From Protoeuglena noctilucae (Eukaryota), in NCBI GenBank assembly GCA_958009085.1, contig OY253668.1:1736001-1800000 (forward strand): a DNA stretch of 64,000 bases, read 5' to 3'. Positions 36,701 through 53,377 of the stretch are shown piece by piece. The position numbers and the translations under genes were made by a program. The notes below the pieces were generated by a model. It had not been told where the DNA came from, searched no databases, and worked only from the letters and a program-made list of their open reading frames with translations. Within the stretch, counting starts at the first letter, position 1; each line of letters starts with the position of its first letter.

Positions 36701-36984
36701 GCGGACGCGGAGGGTGGCGGCGCGGCGGCGGCGGCGGGCTGAGCCGGTGCGGCGGGCGGGGCAGGGGCGGGGGCGGGGGTGGCAGGGGGGGGTGGCGCCT
36801 GGTTGGGCCGGCGGGGGCGGTGTGGCGGCCTGGCCGGGCGCCGGCTGGCCCCTGCCGCGCCCGGCGCGGGGGCCCTTGGACTCCGCGGCGCCGGCGATGT
36901 CGGCGAGCGGATTCCGGACGCGCGCGGCGCGGGCTGCGATCCATGCCAACGGGGCGGCGGGGAGAGGGACCGCCACCGTGTGAG
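33766..36984 (-). CDS. OEP80: Chloroplast outer-envelope Omp85 protein OEP80/Toc75-V; spans an assembly gap; true start possibly 37379
   Basis: 'ERILISEV', 'DTRDG', '[14 protein letters not shown]', '[13 protein letters not shown]', '[23 protein letters not shown]', C-terminus '[27 protein letters not shown]'. Confidence 0.92.
36112..36311. other. Assembly gap (200 N)
   Basis: Run of N. Confidence 1.
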
Positions 36985-37805
36985 CTGCCGGATTCGCCCA
37001 GGCCCCCTCGCGGGCCGTGCGCGGGCCCCGGAGGAAATCCCCGCGCTTTCCGCTGCGGCGGCCACGCGGCGCTCGATGTCCTGCGGGAAAGCGGGAAAGA
37101 CGAGGAGTGTTGCAAAGAGCGTGAGGCTCTCAAGCGCCGGGGTCGCCCCGGCAGGTGCGGTACAAGATCAGGATGCGATATGATTGATACTTTGCCAAGC
37201 GGTGCGACGGCGCGGGGCGCGGGGCCGCCGGGCGCGGCCGGGGACCTCGGGCACGGCACTCACGCGCTGCAGCCCCCCCGCCGCGTCCTGCGCGGATCGG
37301 ATGAGGCGCTTGGACGCCGCGATGAAGTCCGTCATTGGGTTCCTTCCCGACGAGCCGGGCTCGGGGCACCTATCGCCATGGCCGGCGCGGAGGGAGGCCG
37401 CTTCCCGCCGCGGGCGTCCTTCGCGTCCCCCGGGAGCCGCGCGCCCGCGTCCCGACGGACCCGGCGTTATGAACGCTTCGATGCACACGTTGCGCGGAAC
37501 GGTGCGAAAGTCGGCTGGAAAGGAAAGCCGCGTGAGCCACGTGAGCAACGGGGCAGTCCGCTGGGGCGCCAGGAAGAGCGGCGAGGGACACAGGCTTTGC
37601 GTTAGCAACTGCGAGCTCGCGGATGCATCCAAGTGGCCCCCTTGTCGCGGCGGCGGGCCGGAGAGCTCTCAGAGCGCCGTGCGGTTTCCTGGCGCCCGCA
37701 CCGTGCCAGACCAGCGGAAATCCGACGAATGCGTTCTCGCCAGCCTATCCAGAAGAAATTGCGACCTTGAGAAGCAGCGCGGGGCCCCTTTCCGCAGCTC
37801 CAGTA

Positions 37806-41676
<3,871 letters not shown>

Positions 41677-41934
41677 GTGGGATGTAGTGTGGAGATATTA
41701 GCGGTATTGTGCTTGCCATGACACTGGAAATGTCACTGAGTGGCTGTAGTGTGCTCGGTGGAAACGCTGCAGGGCGCGTTTTGAATTCAACGCCACCGCA
41801 GCTGTGCCTGACTCAGCCCCTCACTGTCACCCCTTACGCATGTGCCGTCGTCCCCCCACCATCGCAGCTGCCTGACTCAGCCCCACCCTCCCCTGCTATC
41901 GCAATTGCCTCACGCAACCCCTCACTGTCACCCC

Positions 41935-43966
41935 TCACGCATCTGCCGCCACCCCCGCCCCCGCCCCCGCCCCTCCACCCTCCCCGCGCCCCCCACCCTC
42001 CGCCACCTCAATCGCAGTCACCACTTGCTTCCCATCTGGCAAATGCGGGTCGTCATTCGGCACACGCTGAAAGTAGACCATCCCATTCACCCTCTCTACC
42101 CTCCCCAACCACGCCCCCGCATCCGCTACCCACGCCCCCACCACACGCCGCCACCTCGCCACCTCCCCCGCCACTCCCTGCGCCTTTCCCAGACACTCCA
42201 CCGCCGCCCGCGCGTGCTGCACCGCCTCCCCCGCGCAATCCCTGGCTAGCAAGTCGCTTGATAAGACCAGGAAGGCACGGGCACTGGGGGTGGGGTGTGG
42301 GGTGTGCGGGTGGGGTAAGGGGTGGTTGGGTATGGGGTGGGTGAGAGTGAGATGTGATGGGTGGGGTTGAGGAGAGGAGCAGATGAGTGGGATGCAGTGG
42401 TGGGCAGACAATATAGGCGAGGTTTCTATCTCTAATATCTATACTATCTCTTGCTGACGTATGTCTGCCAAAAGCAATATCACCGGTGCGCCTGTGCGGA
42501 TATGCTGAGCCATGCTCGCTGCCGGAAGTCCAGTCGGTTGAACTGAGTCAGGTTGGAGCGCACGGTGGCAGCCGAAGCCTCGAACATCTGAGGGTGGGTG
42601 ACGGTGAGGGTGACAATCACAGAGCGGTGGTTGTTACGACACTCCAACCTCCATGCACCGCTGACCCTTAGATCCCAACTCGCAGCACCCCATCTGCTCA
42701 CCTGCTCCTTTCCCCCCCCACATAACACCACCCCACCGCCACCCCCACCACCCCTCACCTGCGCTGCCCCCGCATGCAGTGCCGCAACCAGCTGCGCCTT
42801 GGCCCCCCTCTGCTGCGCCCTCGTGGCCGCCAGTCCCTGCGCCTCCGCGAGCATGCCCTCCCCCACAGACCGGGCGAACGCGGGCATGACCTCTGCGGGC
42901 CGCTCCCCGGGCAGCGAGGCGCGCGCCTGTGCCAGAAACGACTCCGACGCGCGCAGGAGGAGCCCCGCGCCCTCCCTGGGGTGGAAAGGGAGGGGTAATG
43001 AGGTACGGGGTTCGACACATGGGAGCTTTTCTCCATTCAATGCTTTGTTTGAAGCATAACACCACACAGCGCCCCGTGCTATCACCCCGTCGCCCACACT
43101 CCCCGGCAATCATGTTGATCAGTACTTGATTGTCCAATGGACAATCAAACACTCTTATCATATACGAATACCTCAATCTCACTCTCAAGAAGTCACCTGA
43201 GCAGTCGCGTGGCCTCTTGCAGCTCTGTTGCCGCCACCTCCTCGCTCGCCCCCCTCATACGCGACACGTGCCAATACGCCTCCACCTGCATGCCCGCCGC
43301 CAGCACCACGCACGCGAGCCCCGCGTCCGCTTCCGGAGAAGAAAGCTCGAAGAACGTTCCGGGAGTCTCGCCGCTGGGTGAATTCCAGGAAAATGACGGT
43401 GCAGCCGGGCCAAGCAGACCCATCCAGCGCTTCGGCCGACGCTCCTGCAGCCGCTCCTCCCCCAACGCAAGCAAATCGCGCATCCTCTCGATGTAGCGGT
43501 GGAGACTGTCCACTTGCTGCGGCCGAGAGACGGAGGGGCGAGTTGCAAGCGCCCCATGCGCTAGTTACGGGCGCCATGCGCGTTCCTGGAACCGAAGCGC
43601 GTACATATGCACATCTACGCCCGAACCTGCTTCAAAAGCAGCACGTCGCGGTCTTTGGTGGCCTCCAGCATCGTCTTGGGCGCCGGTCGCGAGGACGAAG
43701 ACAGCGGGAGACGCGTCTCCGTGAGCTCGCGGAACAAGGCCTCTTCGCTCTCATCCTGCGTGTTTGCGGGAGCACACATCGCTACTTGGTCGTGTCGCCA
43801 GCCGCGCTGGGGACGCGAGGCGGAGAGGAGGGCGCGGAGCACACACCTTGGCCACGAAAAGCTCTTGGAATGCCACCGGCTTCGAATATAGGCGCTCCCA
43901 TATGTCCGTGTATTGCAGTAGCCACTCTTGAGGCAGCTCAAGGCTTTTCGCTGCAGAGTCGCTCAT
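41935..43966 (-). CDS. BRO1-like domain protein (BROX/plant endosomal-targeting type), 6 exons
   Basis: 'LRASESFL', 'MLAEAQGL', C-terminal 'VERVNGMVYFQRVP'. Exons join in frame from ATG 43966. Confidence 0.7.
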
Positions 43967-44164
43967 GACTGTGCTTTGGGTGCTCTGTCTTGGGTGCTAG
44001 GTCTCTCTTTCTCGTTCCGGATGTCCAGAACACTCAGCTAGGACCTCAGCTTGCATCTTCTGGTGCAGTCGCCTGGGTTGGCGTTGCAAATGCGCGCAAA
44101 TGCGGGTCTGGCACCAGCAACATGGTCAGGCCGGACGTTCAAAGGGGCTGCGTGGCAGCCTGCG

Positions 44165-44977
44165 TCACAGCAGGTGCTTCTTCGCCGCCTGCAGGACCCT
44201 GCTCTGGAACGCGGGGCTCTGGATGGCCGCGTCGCGCCTATGGAAAGGGCTCAGCTGCTGCTTTAGATACGCCTCGTGAACCTGCGAGGCACAGCGATGA
44301 AAAGAGAGGTCAAGCGCGCATGCACGAGGCGCTGCGGTGCAGCGGGACTTCATTGGACGCCAAAGCTGAATATCTTAGCAGCGATAAACGTGAACAGTTG
44401 CTCCAAACAGGGTCCACCCTCACCTCGGCGAAAAACTGCTTCAGGGCGTCCTCCCCGCCGCGCAAGTCGTGCATCGCCAGCATCGTGACGTGTCCGGGCG
44501 TCACGTACGCCACCACGGGCATGTCGTTGAAGCGGTCTACCGTCTGCGCGTCACGTCAACGAGCGCTGTCTACTCTACAGCCTCTTACGTCCGCGCGCGG
44601 CCATAACTCGAACCCCGCATATGCCTGCAGCTCCAGTCAATGCCACTTAACAGCTACGTCTGCGCCGCGCTGCCCGCACCTTCAGGAACGGCTGCTGCTG
44701 CTGCCACTTGGACTCGTCCACCAGGTCCAGGCTCGCGTGGAGCACCATCTGATCGAGCCACGCCTTGGACACGTCCTTCTGCATGACATGAGAGTACGTA
44801 GCGAACTTAGGCCTCTGATGAATACGCAAATTGCCAGCGTCGAGCGTAGCGCTTCCAGCTAGCGCTTCCGGCTTCCGGCGCGGCGCGCGAAGCTACCTGG
44901 CCAGTTGACAGGTCCATTAAGAACATGGGGACGTCCCCTTCCCCCACGATGGCGAAGACGAGCTTCCTGGGGGCCAT
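44165..44977 (-). CDS. TRAPPC2: TRAPP complex subunit 2 (sedlin/Trs20), 4 exons
   Basis: 'FAIVG..D.P', 'LHASLDLVDE..W....FLKTVDRFND..V.AYVTPG', 'FFAEVHEAYLK..LSPF'. Confidence 0.9.
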
Positions 44978-45281
44978 GGTGCCCCGCTGCACCCAACGCA
45001 CGCCCCGTTCCTCGCGGCCGCTACGCCATGTTCACCGCCCTCTCCGCGGTTGATTGCCACGGGACCCGCCCTCGCGCCGACGATTTGGGCGGGTTGGCGG
45101 AACGCCCACGAGTTTTGGGCGGACCGGACGCGTCAGTGTCGGAAGTGTCGTGTCCCGCCGCGCGGCCAGGAGGGTTTGTCCTGCCCTCGCGACGCATCAG
45201 ACGGTGACGCTCGCTCACAGTTACCCCCTCGTCGGATCCTTCCCGCTTTCCGGGGTCCGCTGGCGGGGCGAACTTCAAACA

Positions 45282-47356
45282 ATGGGCGAGGCGACAGCTT
45301 CGCCGGGCTACCGCGCCATCCACGCGGACCGCTGCGGCGGGATGCCGGAAGCTGCGTTGGAGATAGAGCGCGACCTCCTGCGGCGGGAGGTGGGCAGAGA
45401 GACGCCCAGGAGGTCGCGGCGAGGCAGGGAAAGCAGCAGGCGAGCGTGCACTTCCCCCGGCCGGCCGGTTGCCGAAGACCGCCTATTCTCTGGCAACAAC
45501 GATTCATGAGTTCTTGCAGAGCTCGCGAAGCGTCCAGAGACCCATCGCCGCGACCCGGCCCCTTCTCGCGGGAAGTCCGGGAGCACCGTGCCACCCGCAG
45601 CACGCAGCAGGTGCAATTCCGTCACCCATATGCGCATCCAAATCCCGACATCGTTATTGGCAAGCTTTCGCGCGTGGCAGAACGCGGCGTTGCGCAATCA
45701 AGACCTCGTCTGCTGCTCCCTCCACGCAGGCAGCAGCGATGAGGCCGGGGCGGCCGTCGGGCCACGCCGCCTGGACCCTCACTCGCGCGGCCAAGGCGGG
45801 GAATCCGTGGATCGCGGAAAGGGAGATTCGGAAAACCACTCCGCCGCGCGCGGCTGTCACGGTGCCCCCAGCGACGTCCCCCGGCGCAGGGCGGGCGGTG
45901 AGGGGCAGTGAAGCTGGGCCATCTCAGGACGCCCGGCGAAGGGCGGAGGCGCTGCAGCGGCGGGAACTGGAGCGCGGGCGGCGAAGGCGACCGGATGCGC
46001 AGGGTGCGGGTGCGGGTGTGGGTGCAAGTGCGGGTGTTGGCACGTCTGCCCCGACCCAACCCGAGGGCCGCCCGGGTCGGGCGGGCCCTTCCCCCGCCGC
46101 GGAGCGCGTGCGGAAGCTCCGGGAAGCCAACGCGCGCTTGCGGGCGCAGCGGCTAGGCCGGGGTGCCCGCGAAGCAGAGATAGCTATGCCGAGCACAGTG
46201 CACGCCCCCGCCCCTCCCGGCCCCTCCAAGCCCGGCGGGGATTGCGGGTCGCCCGCGCGTATCAGCGGGGCTTGCGCGAGCGCGGACGCGTCGCGAATGA
46301 GCGTGGATGGGGACGGGGAGGAGGGTCGGGTGGAGCGTGATGTGCGCGACGTGCTGAGGAGGGTGGCGGAGCGGTCCGAGCAGGCACTGGCGGGGCTGGG
46401 AGGGGGCGAGAGAGTGGCGCGGGATGCGTGGGGGTCAGGGGAGGGATGGGATGGGGTGAGGGAGGATGTGAGGCTGAGGGCCCAGGCGGATGTGTTGGAG
46501 GGGGCGCTGGCGGAGGTGGAGGCGGGCCGCGTGGCGCTGGTGGTGCGGGAGGAGGAGGCGCGGCTGCTGGAGGAAGTGGCGGTGAGTGGGGGCGGGGCGA
46601 TGCTTGGGGTGTAGCAGGGCGATGCGTGGGGGGGCGCGGTCGTGTGATTCACGGCCCCAGCACTTTTGTTTGACACGAAACGATGCTCTGCTTTCCACAG
46701 TCCTATAGCCCCATTTCCACCTCAACGCGAACCCTCACTGCCACCCTCACTGCCACCCCCACCCCCACCCCCCGCAGTCCCCCTCACCCTCACTGCTACC
46801 CTCACCCCCACCCCACCCCCCGCAGTCCCGCATCCGGTCTGAGCACGCCCGTCTGTTATCAGAGCTGCGTTCCCAGGTGTCTACGTTGCTGGGGGAAAGA
46901 GAGAGTGAGGTGCAGGCGTGTCGTCAGTTCCAGAGGGATTTGCTGGCAGAAGTGGAGACTATACGGGGGATCCTGCAGGTGTTGCAGGTGAGAGTTGGGA
47001 GAAGTGTGGTCTTGTGATGCTGACGTGTTGCAGGTGAGGATGTGGCTAGGCATGGGAGGTGTAATGCAGTGACACCTCACACCTCCCTCCACCCCACCGC
47101 TGCCCAGCACACCCCCACACCTCCCACTCCCCCCCCCTTACAGGTGCGGGAGCAAGAGCTGGTGGTCGCCTACGAGGCAGCGGTGTCGGAGCTGCAATCC
47201 GAGTTCGAATCCCGGCTGTCCACTTTTAAAAGCGAGGCGGAGGCGCAGGCGGCGGCAGAGGTCCACGCGCTGAGGGAGGCGGCGGCGAGGGGGTGGGCGA
47301 GGAGTGGGGCTGCTGCGGGGCGCGGGGTGGTGGCGGTGGGTGCGGGTCTGGGATAG
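45282..47356 (+). CDS. Hypothetical coiled-coil protein; 5' structure uncertain
   Basis: Heptad-rich exons ~45730-46581, 46826-46987 and 47144-47356 with canonical splice sites. Confidence 0.4.
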
Positions 47357-47568
47357 CGGGAGTGGTGCTGCGGGGCGCGGAGCCGCTGTGGTGGGGTCTG
47401 TCGGGGGGTAGCAAGGGCTGTCTCACTGCTGGTTCACTGCTGGCCTGTCTAGCTGCTATCTGATTGAGCGGGGCTTTCGTTGGCTGCCGTCTTGTCATAA
47501 ACGGCAGCCGTCACACAGGGCTCACATAGCACATGCAGCACGTCGTCATATGAAAGCACACTCTCTCA

Positions 47569-49048
47569 TCATGTGAACCCCGCGATGACCACCCCCAGCA
47601 GCACCCCCAGCAGTGCCCCCGCTGCGACCTCCGTGGGGGTGTGGCCGATCACCTCGCGAAGCTTGGAATGGGACCTGGGAGGGGAGAGAGAGGGAGGCAG
47701 CTTGGAATGTGCTCTGAATCACAGATCGCTTGCAGAAACCAGCAAAAGACAAGCTGTTTTTGAATACAAATGAACCATGCACTGCTGCTAACAAAAGTGA
47801 CTTTCCCTGCGCCACGTTCGCTTGCCTGCTGTCCCCCGCATCGTTGCTTTCCAGGAACATCGCAGCTGACGACGACGACCCCGCACCCTGCGATGTGCGA
47901 GTGGAATTGGGCTGAAAGAGGGTGCAGGGCATGCACACACGCATGTTCGTGTGCCACTTGTGCCCCTCACTCAACTTGCAGCTCTATGCAATTCAAGCCC
48001 CTCACCTGCAACCCCGCACTGGCCATGCCCCATGCCCCTCACCTGCAGCCCCATCCTACTCATACCCCATGCCCCTCACCTGCAGCCCCGCGCTGGCCCT
48101 GCCGCCACCCCCCGCCTCCAGATCCATCGCGCCCCTGCCCCGCCCCTCGCCCCCCATCGCACCCGGTGGGTCCCCCGCTAACAACAAGTTAAGAGCAACT
48201 GCGTGACGCCCTGCCTCCCTCCGCACGTGGCATGCGTCATACATGACGATGATGGCGTAGACGGCACACACGGCAAATAAGTCACTGCGGTGGATGAAGA
48301 TGTATAATGAAGATTTTATCGTATGAAAGGCATGATGTTGGCTGGGATGACTGGGTGAGTGACTGAGGGTAAGGCGGGGCGTGCTGTGTGCGGTGGCGGT
48401 GCTTCGTACTAAGGGTAAGCTGTGCCGAGTGTTGACAGTTGACGGTGACAGCAGTACCATCAATAGCCAAGATAGGTAGCGCTAAGCGTGATGGATCGCA
48501 ATGGGGCGATGATGCGCAGGCATTGCCTCGCCTGCCCGGCCCAGAGTTGACCCCCACTGCTGCCAGCACCGCCACCGCAAACGCCGAATGGGAGGAGGGC
48601 ATGCCGCCGCTCTGGGCCACGCGAGCGGGGACGAACTTGCGGTCGATGAGCCTGCGGGAGAGCCGAATGAATGAGAGGTAGCTGAGCTGCACACGTGGTG
48701 GGGAGAGCGGGCACAGCACTGCGCGACGTTCGTGCGCACCAGCCGGTGAAGGGCTTGGCGAGCTGCGCAGCGGCGAAGCCCGCGAGTCCTGCCCATAGCG
48801 CCGAGTTGTGGAACAGGTCGACGAAGCTGTGCTGGTCTGCGGCGCGGTCAGAAGAGTGGGACCGGTCTTGCGCAGCGCAAGGCAGGACGCTCCTCGCAGC
48901 CCGACGCTGCGATGCCGCCACTAGCGCCTTCCTCGTGTTGTTCACAGTGCACCGCAGGAGCTATTCATCCTACGCACCGTTCCAGCCGTGCAGAGCGCGC
49001 ATCACGCTTACGAACCGGTCCCCAGGGCCGTGCCGCCGCTCGCGCCAT
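47569..49048 (-). CDS. DUF212 / acid phosphatase-vanadium haloperoxidase-related (divergent PAP2) protein; start uncertain
   Basis: 'AQLAKPF', 'SGGMPSSHSA', 'IVMYDACHVRREAGRHAVALN', 'LREVIGHTPTEVAAGALLG'. GC donor at 48531. Confidence 0.9.
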
Positions 49049-49381
49049 GTACGTGCAAAAGCAAGCACTCGCCCGCGTGCACATTACCGATGTGAGCTGT
49101 CCTCCGATGCGCGGGCGTGCCTTGTCGCCTGCAGCATGGACTGGTGCGGGCGTGTCGCGCGCCAGAAGCGACCTCTCGCCGCTGAAGGCGTCCTGCGCCG
49201 CGCCGGTCGCGCCGTTTCGTGCCTGGGGCGACAACCAACGTCTACCCACGCACAATCGTGCCCAGCGCTCTTGAGGAGGCAGCAATTTGCGACGCTGGCT
49301 CTGGAGTGGACCCCGTGGCCATTGGGCCCCGTCAGGGCGCCGTCTGAGGCTCTTCGCCCGTAGATCTCGAGTCCTGTTGCG

Positions 49382-50543
49382 ATGCCGCGCTACTACTGCG
49401 ACTACTGCGACTCGTTCCTCACGCACGACTCGGTGGGTCGCTCCCGCGCGTTGTTGGACGAATGCCCCCTCGCCGCGCGGCCCAAGCTGACGCTGCGCTG
49501 ATTCCTGCGATGATCTGCCGGCGAGGGTGACCTCTGCAGCACGCGCGCGGCCGAGCGCGCGGTCCCAGCCATAGCGTCCACGATTACAGCTGGCTTTCCG
49601 GCCCCCTGCCCCGCGCAGGGACTCCCGCCTGCCGCCGATCAGCGTCAAATCCCTTGATTCTCCGTCTCCGCAGCTTGTCGTGAGGAAGCAGCACAACACG
49701 GGTCTCAAGCACAAGGCGAACTTCCGTGCCTATTACAAGGAGTTCTTCAAAGGCGAGCGGCCCCTTAGGACGCGCGCTCTTACGGCAGCAATATTATTAC
49801 GTCATAAAGACCCTCTATGCGCTTCCGTGGGCCCATCGGGCCGGCCGGGCTCTCGCTCCGGGGTGCGCGTCGGGAGCAGACCAAAACGAGCCCGCCCCGC
49901 CCGCCCGCAGCGCTGGAGGACCCCCTGCAGGGCAACGCGCGCGCCAAGGAGGAGCTGCAGAGGCAGATCGTTACCAACTACAACGCGTTTATGGCCAACG
50001 GGCCCCCGCCGGGGTACTTTGGCGGTCCCCCGGGCTTCGGTCGGCGCGACGGGCCCCCGCGCGGCGGGTTCGGCGGCCGCGGCCCTCCGATGGGCTTCAG
50101 GTGACATGCTTCATAATTCTCAAGCTTCAGCGGCGACCCCGCATGAGTCATTCACATAAACGAACCCTGCGATGCGCGACGTGCCACCCGCTATCAACAC
50201 ATCCCACCAGCACCCTCACCTCCGCGGCCCCCGTACATGTTTCATCCGCAGGGGCGGTCCTCCGCCGCACTTTGGCGGCCCGCCTCCGTTTGGCGGACCA
50301 CCCCACATGGGCCCGCCTGGTCCCTTCCGCGACCACCGCCCCCCGATGGGCGGCATGGGTCCCAACGGCCGCGACCACCCCTACGGAGGGCCCCCGCCCG
50401 GCTACGGCGGCGCGGGGCGCGGCGGGCCGCCGATGGGGCCTCCGGGCGGGTACGGCTACCCCGGTCCGCCCATGCCGGGGCCGCCGGGGGCGGGGGGTGC
50501 GCCGCACGGGCCTGGCGAGGGGGCATACCCGGGGCCGCCGTAA
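49382..50543 (+). CDS. SNRPC: U1 snRNP protein C, 4 exons
   Basis: '[34 protein letters not shown]' zinc finger followed by a Pro/Gly-rich tail. Exons 49382-49432, 49674-49752, 49911-50100, 50252-50543. Confidence 0.93.
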
Positions 50544-50835
50544 GAACGGGTGTTTTGTGAGGCGGGGAGGGGATCGAGGAGGCAGCGGGGTTGTCGACCA
50601 GCTTTGTGGTGGGGTTCAAAAAGCGAAGAGGGCTGTGGGTTGGCAGAGCGCAAGTGCCACAGAGCGTGTCTAGGTTGGTCTGACCCTGTGCGGCCTTTGA
50701 AATGCCGCGCGCGGGCGAGGCGACCGGCAGAGTAGCGACGGGGCTCACTAGCACCCACGATGCGCCAGCGCCGCTTTCTAAGGCATCCCCACCGCAGCAT
50801 CCGCCACATTGCAGCATCCGCCACACCGCGTCGCT

Positions 50836-52763
50836 TTACGTGAGGTCATCCCCCTCCACCACGACCGGCTGCGGCGCCCCCGCCGCCCCCGCCGCCGCCG
50901 CCGCCCCTCCCTGCAGCTTGCGCTTGACCCGCACCAGCATCGTGGTCTTCCAGGCATCCAGGCGGGAGAGGGAGTCGTACTCGGACACCACCTGGGGTGG
51001 GTGGGGGGGTGAGGGAGTGATTGTGAGAGGTGTGGGGAGGCTGAGCCACCGCACTCGCCTCTTACCACTACCGCTCTTCATGATAAGAGGTACCATCAGC
51101 AGTAGCATGCACCGCTACTAAACTCTCCACACCATGTGCTGCACCACACACCACAACTGCCCTCATGCTGCACACCCACCCCTCACATGCATCACCCCCA
51201 CACACCCACCCAACCCCCACCCCACCCCAAACCCCCCCCCCACCTGCGTGAACTTGTCCTCGTCCCCCTCCAGGCACGCCGCGAGCAGATCCTCAATGAA
51301 CTTGGCCTCCCGGCTGCCCCCAAACGTGACATCGATGTCGTAGTACGTCTTCATGGCGTCCTGCAGCGTGCTCAGGTCCCCCTGGGCCAGCCGGCACAGC
51401 CCCGCGGCCTGGAGGTATTGCTTGCAGGAGAAGCGCAGGAGGTGGTTCTCGGCAGCCTGCGTGTGGGGAGAGGGGACAGCGAGTGTTGTGACATGTGATG
51501 ACAAGTGGCCTGCATGTATTGCTTGCAGCCTGGGTAGCGAGAGGGTAAGGGTTGGGGCGTGGAGGTCTGTGATCCATCCAACCTCACCCCACCCACTACC
51601 CATCTCCCCACCACCTCTCACCTGCCTCGCCATGTCTTTGTAGATCTGCAATGCATCTGCCATGCATCCATCCATATAACAACAACTCCTCATCATTCAA
51701 TAACTCACCTGCCTGGCCACGTCTTCGTAGATCTGCCATGCATCTATCAACACCACATTCACTACCATCACCCCACCCATCACCTCACCCATCTCCCCAC
51801 CCATCTCACCTGCCTGGCCACGTCTTCGTAGATCTGCGCTGCGTCCAGGTACCTCTCCCCTTCCGCAGAGAACTGAGCCACGCTGAGCATGCACCGGTTG
51901 TAATCGGACTTCTGCTCCTCCCCCTTAAACAGGTCCGCTGCCTGGCGATAGAAGACCTCGGCATTAGCCTTGTCGCCCGCGGTCTCGTAGATCTTTGCAA
52001 TGTCGCTCAGGTGACTGTGAGTGGGGGTGGGGTGGGGGGTGGGGGGGTAGGTGGAGGTGAATGTGAGGGTGGTGGGTGAGTGGGTGGGGTGGAGGTGACT
52101 GTGAGAAAACAAAGGGATTAATCAGTCACCCCTCCCCCATCACAGCCCTCATCTCTCACAACATCACCCATCTCTCGCTCACCGTGCGGCCATGGATATG
52201 CGCCCCATCTCCATGTACAGGTTGGCAGCCATGTGGAAGGCACGCGCCGCCTGCGTCTGGTCCGTCTTCTGGTAACACTTGCCCGCCTCCACCAGCGCGG
52301 ATGCCGCCTCGTGCTTGCTCTGCAGGAGATGAGAGGGGACACAGTCGTACCAACGCGGGTCGCCATACGAACCAACGTGCGATCGGTGGGCACAGATGAC
52401 GAAATGTAATTCATCCATATCCCTCCCCGCGCATGGCAACTACTACTGCCACTCGCCTGCAGCTTGACGTGGCAGTCCGAGAGCTTGCGGAACGTCTCGC
52501 CTGCCTCGTTCCACAGCTTGGCCAGCTTGAACTGGTTCGCGGCCTGCTCGAACATGTCCGCTGCGTCCTCAAACTTGTTCCCGAAGAGGCCCCAGCTGCG
52601 GGGCGAGGAGGCGCGGAGCGTCGTTCGGTTGCCGAGCGGGCGCAGCGAACCTTGCTGCCCCGCGCGCGGTCCGCGCCCCGGCTCCGCTCGCTCACCCGGA
52701 CAGCTTCTTCTCCGCCTTCGCGACGAGCGCGAACGCCTCCTTCCCACCGTCCTTCCCCGCCAT
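50836..52763 (-). CDS. Alpha-soluble NSF attachment protein (alpha-SNAP), 6 exons
   Basis: '[35 protein letters not shown]', '[12 protein letters not shown]', '[20 protein letters not shown]...DDLT*'. Confidence 0.95.
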
Positions 52764-53377
52764 CTCGGACGCTACAGGCACCCCTGCGTCGCAACGCAGA
52801 CCTGCCGCGTCAAGCCCGCCCGAGATCGCCGGCGCGGTTTCATGCGACACCAGCTCCCAGACAAAGCGCAGCGCGTCGGGCTCGCCGCGCGGATGCGACG
52901 CGGATGCGAGCGAGGGGCGCACGGACCGCAGGGCAGCATCAGAACGCGCGGCGTCGTCCCAACACGGTCACCAGTCGCGCAGCGCGTGCTCCTCTTCGGA
53001 TCTCCAAGCTCCTCGGCCCGCAACGACAGTCGCTCCAAGTCTCCCCGCGCCAGGGAGATGCCGCTGGGTCTCGGGAGCGAGCGGAGGGATCGGCGGAACG
53101 CAGGGAGGCTCGGTAATCGAAGCTGTTTCGCAGACGTAGAGACTCTCGGCGCGCAAGGCGTTTCGGGACAAGAGACGGGCGCCCGAAATGCAAGAAAACC
53201 GGGCCGCGTGCCCAAGGGCCGAATGCTTGCCTCGCCTCGCTCATATCTGACAAGGAGCCGCCACGCACTCCCCTGGCTGCATCCCTCCTCTCGCCTCGAG
53301 CTCTCTCCAGCGCACCCGGGCCTTGGTCGACCTTCAGGGAGCTGGCACGCGTGCGGGAGGGCACAGGGGGGCACTTC

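Noticed and set aside
51619..51846. Spaced direct repeats (also 15432-15610, 47995-48105) as CRISPR-like arrays
   Set aside because: Eukaryotic context, only 2-3 degenerate copies, derived from exon-intron junctions, no cas genes.
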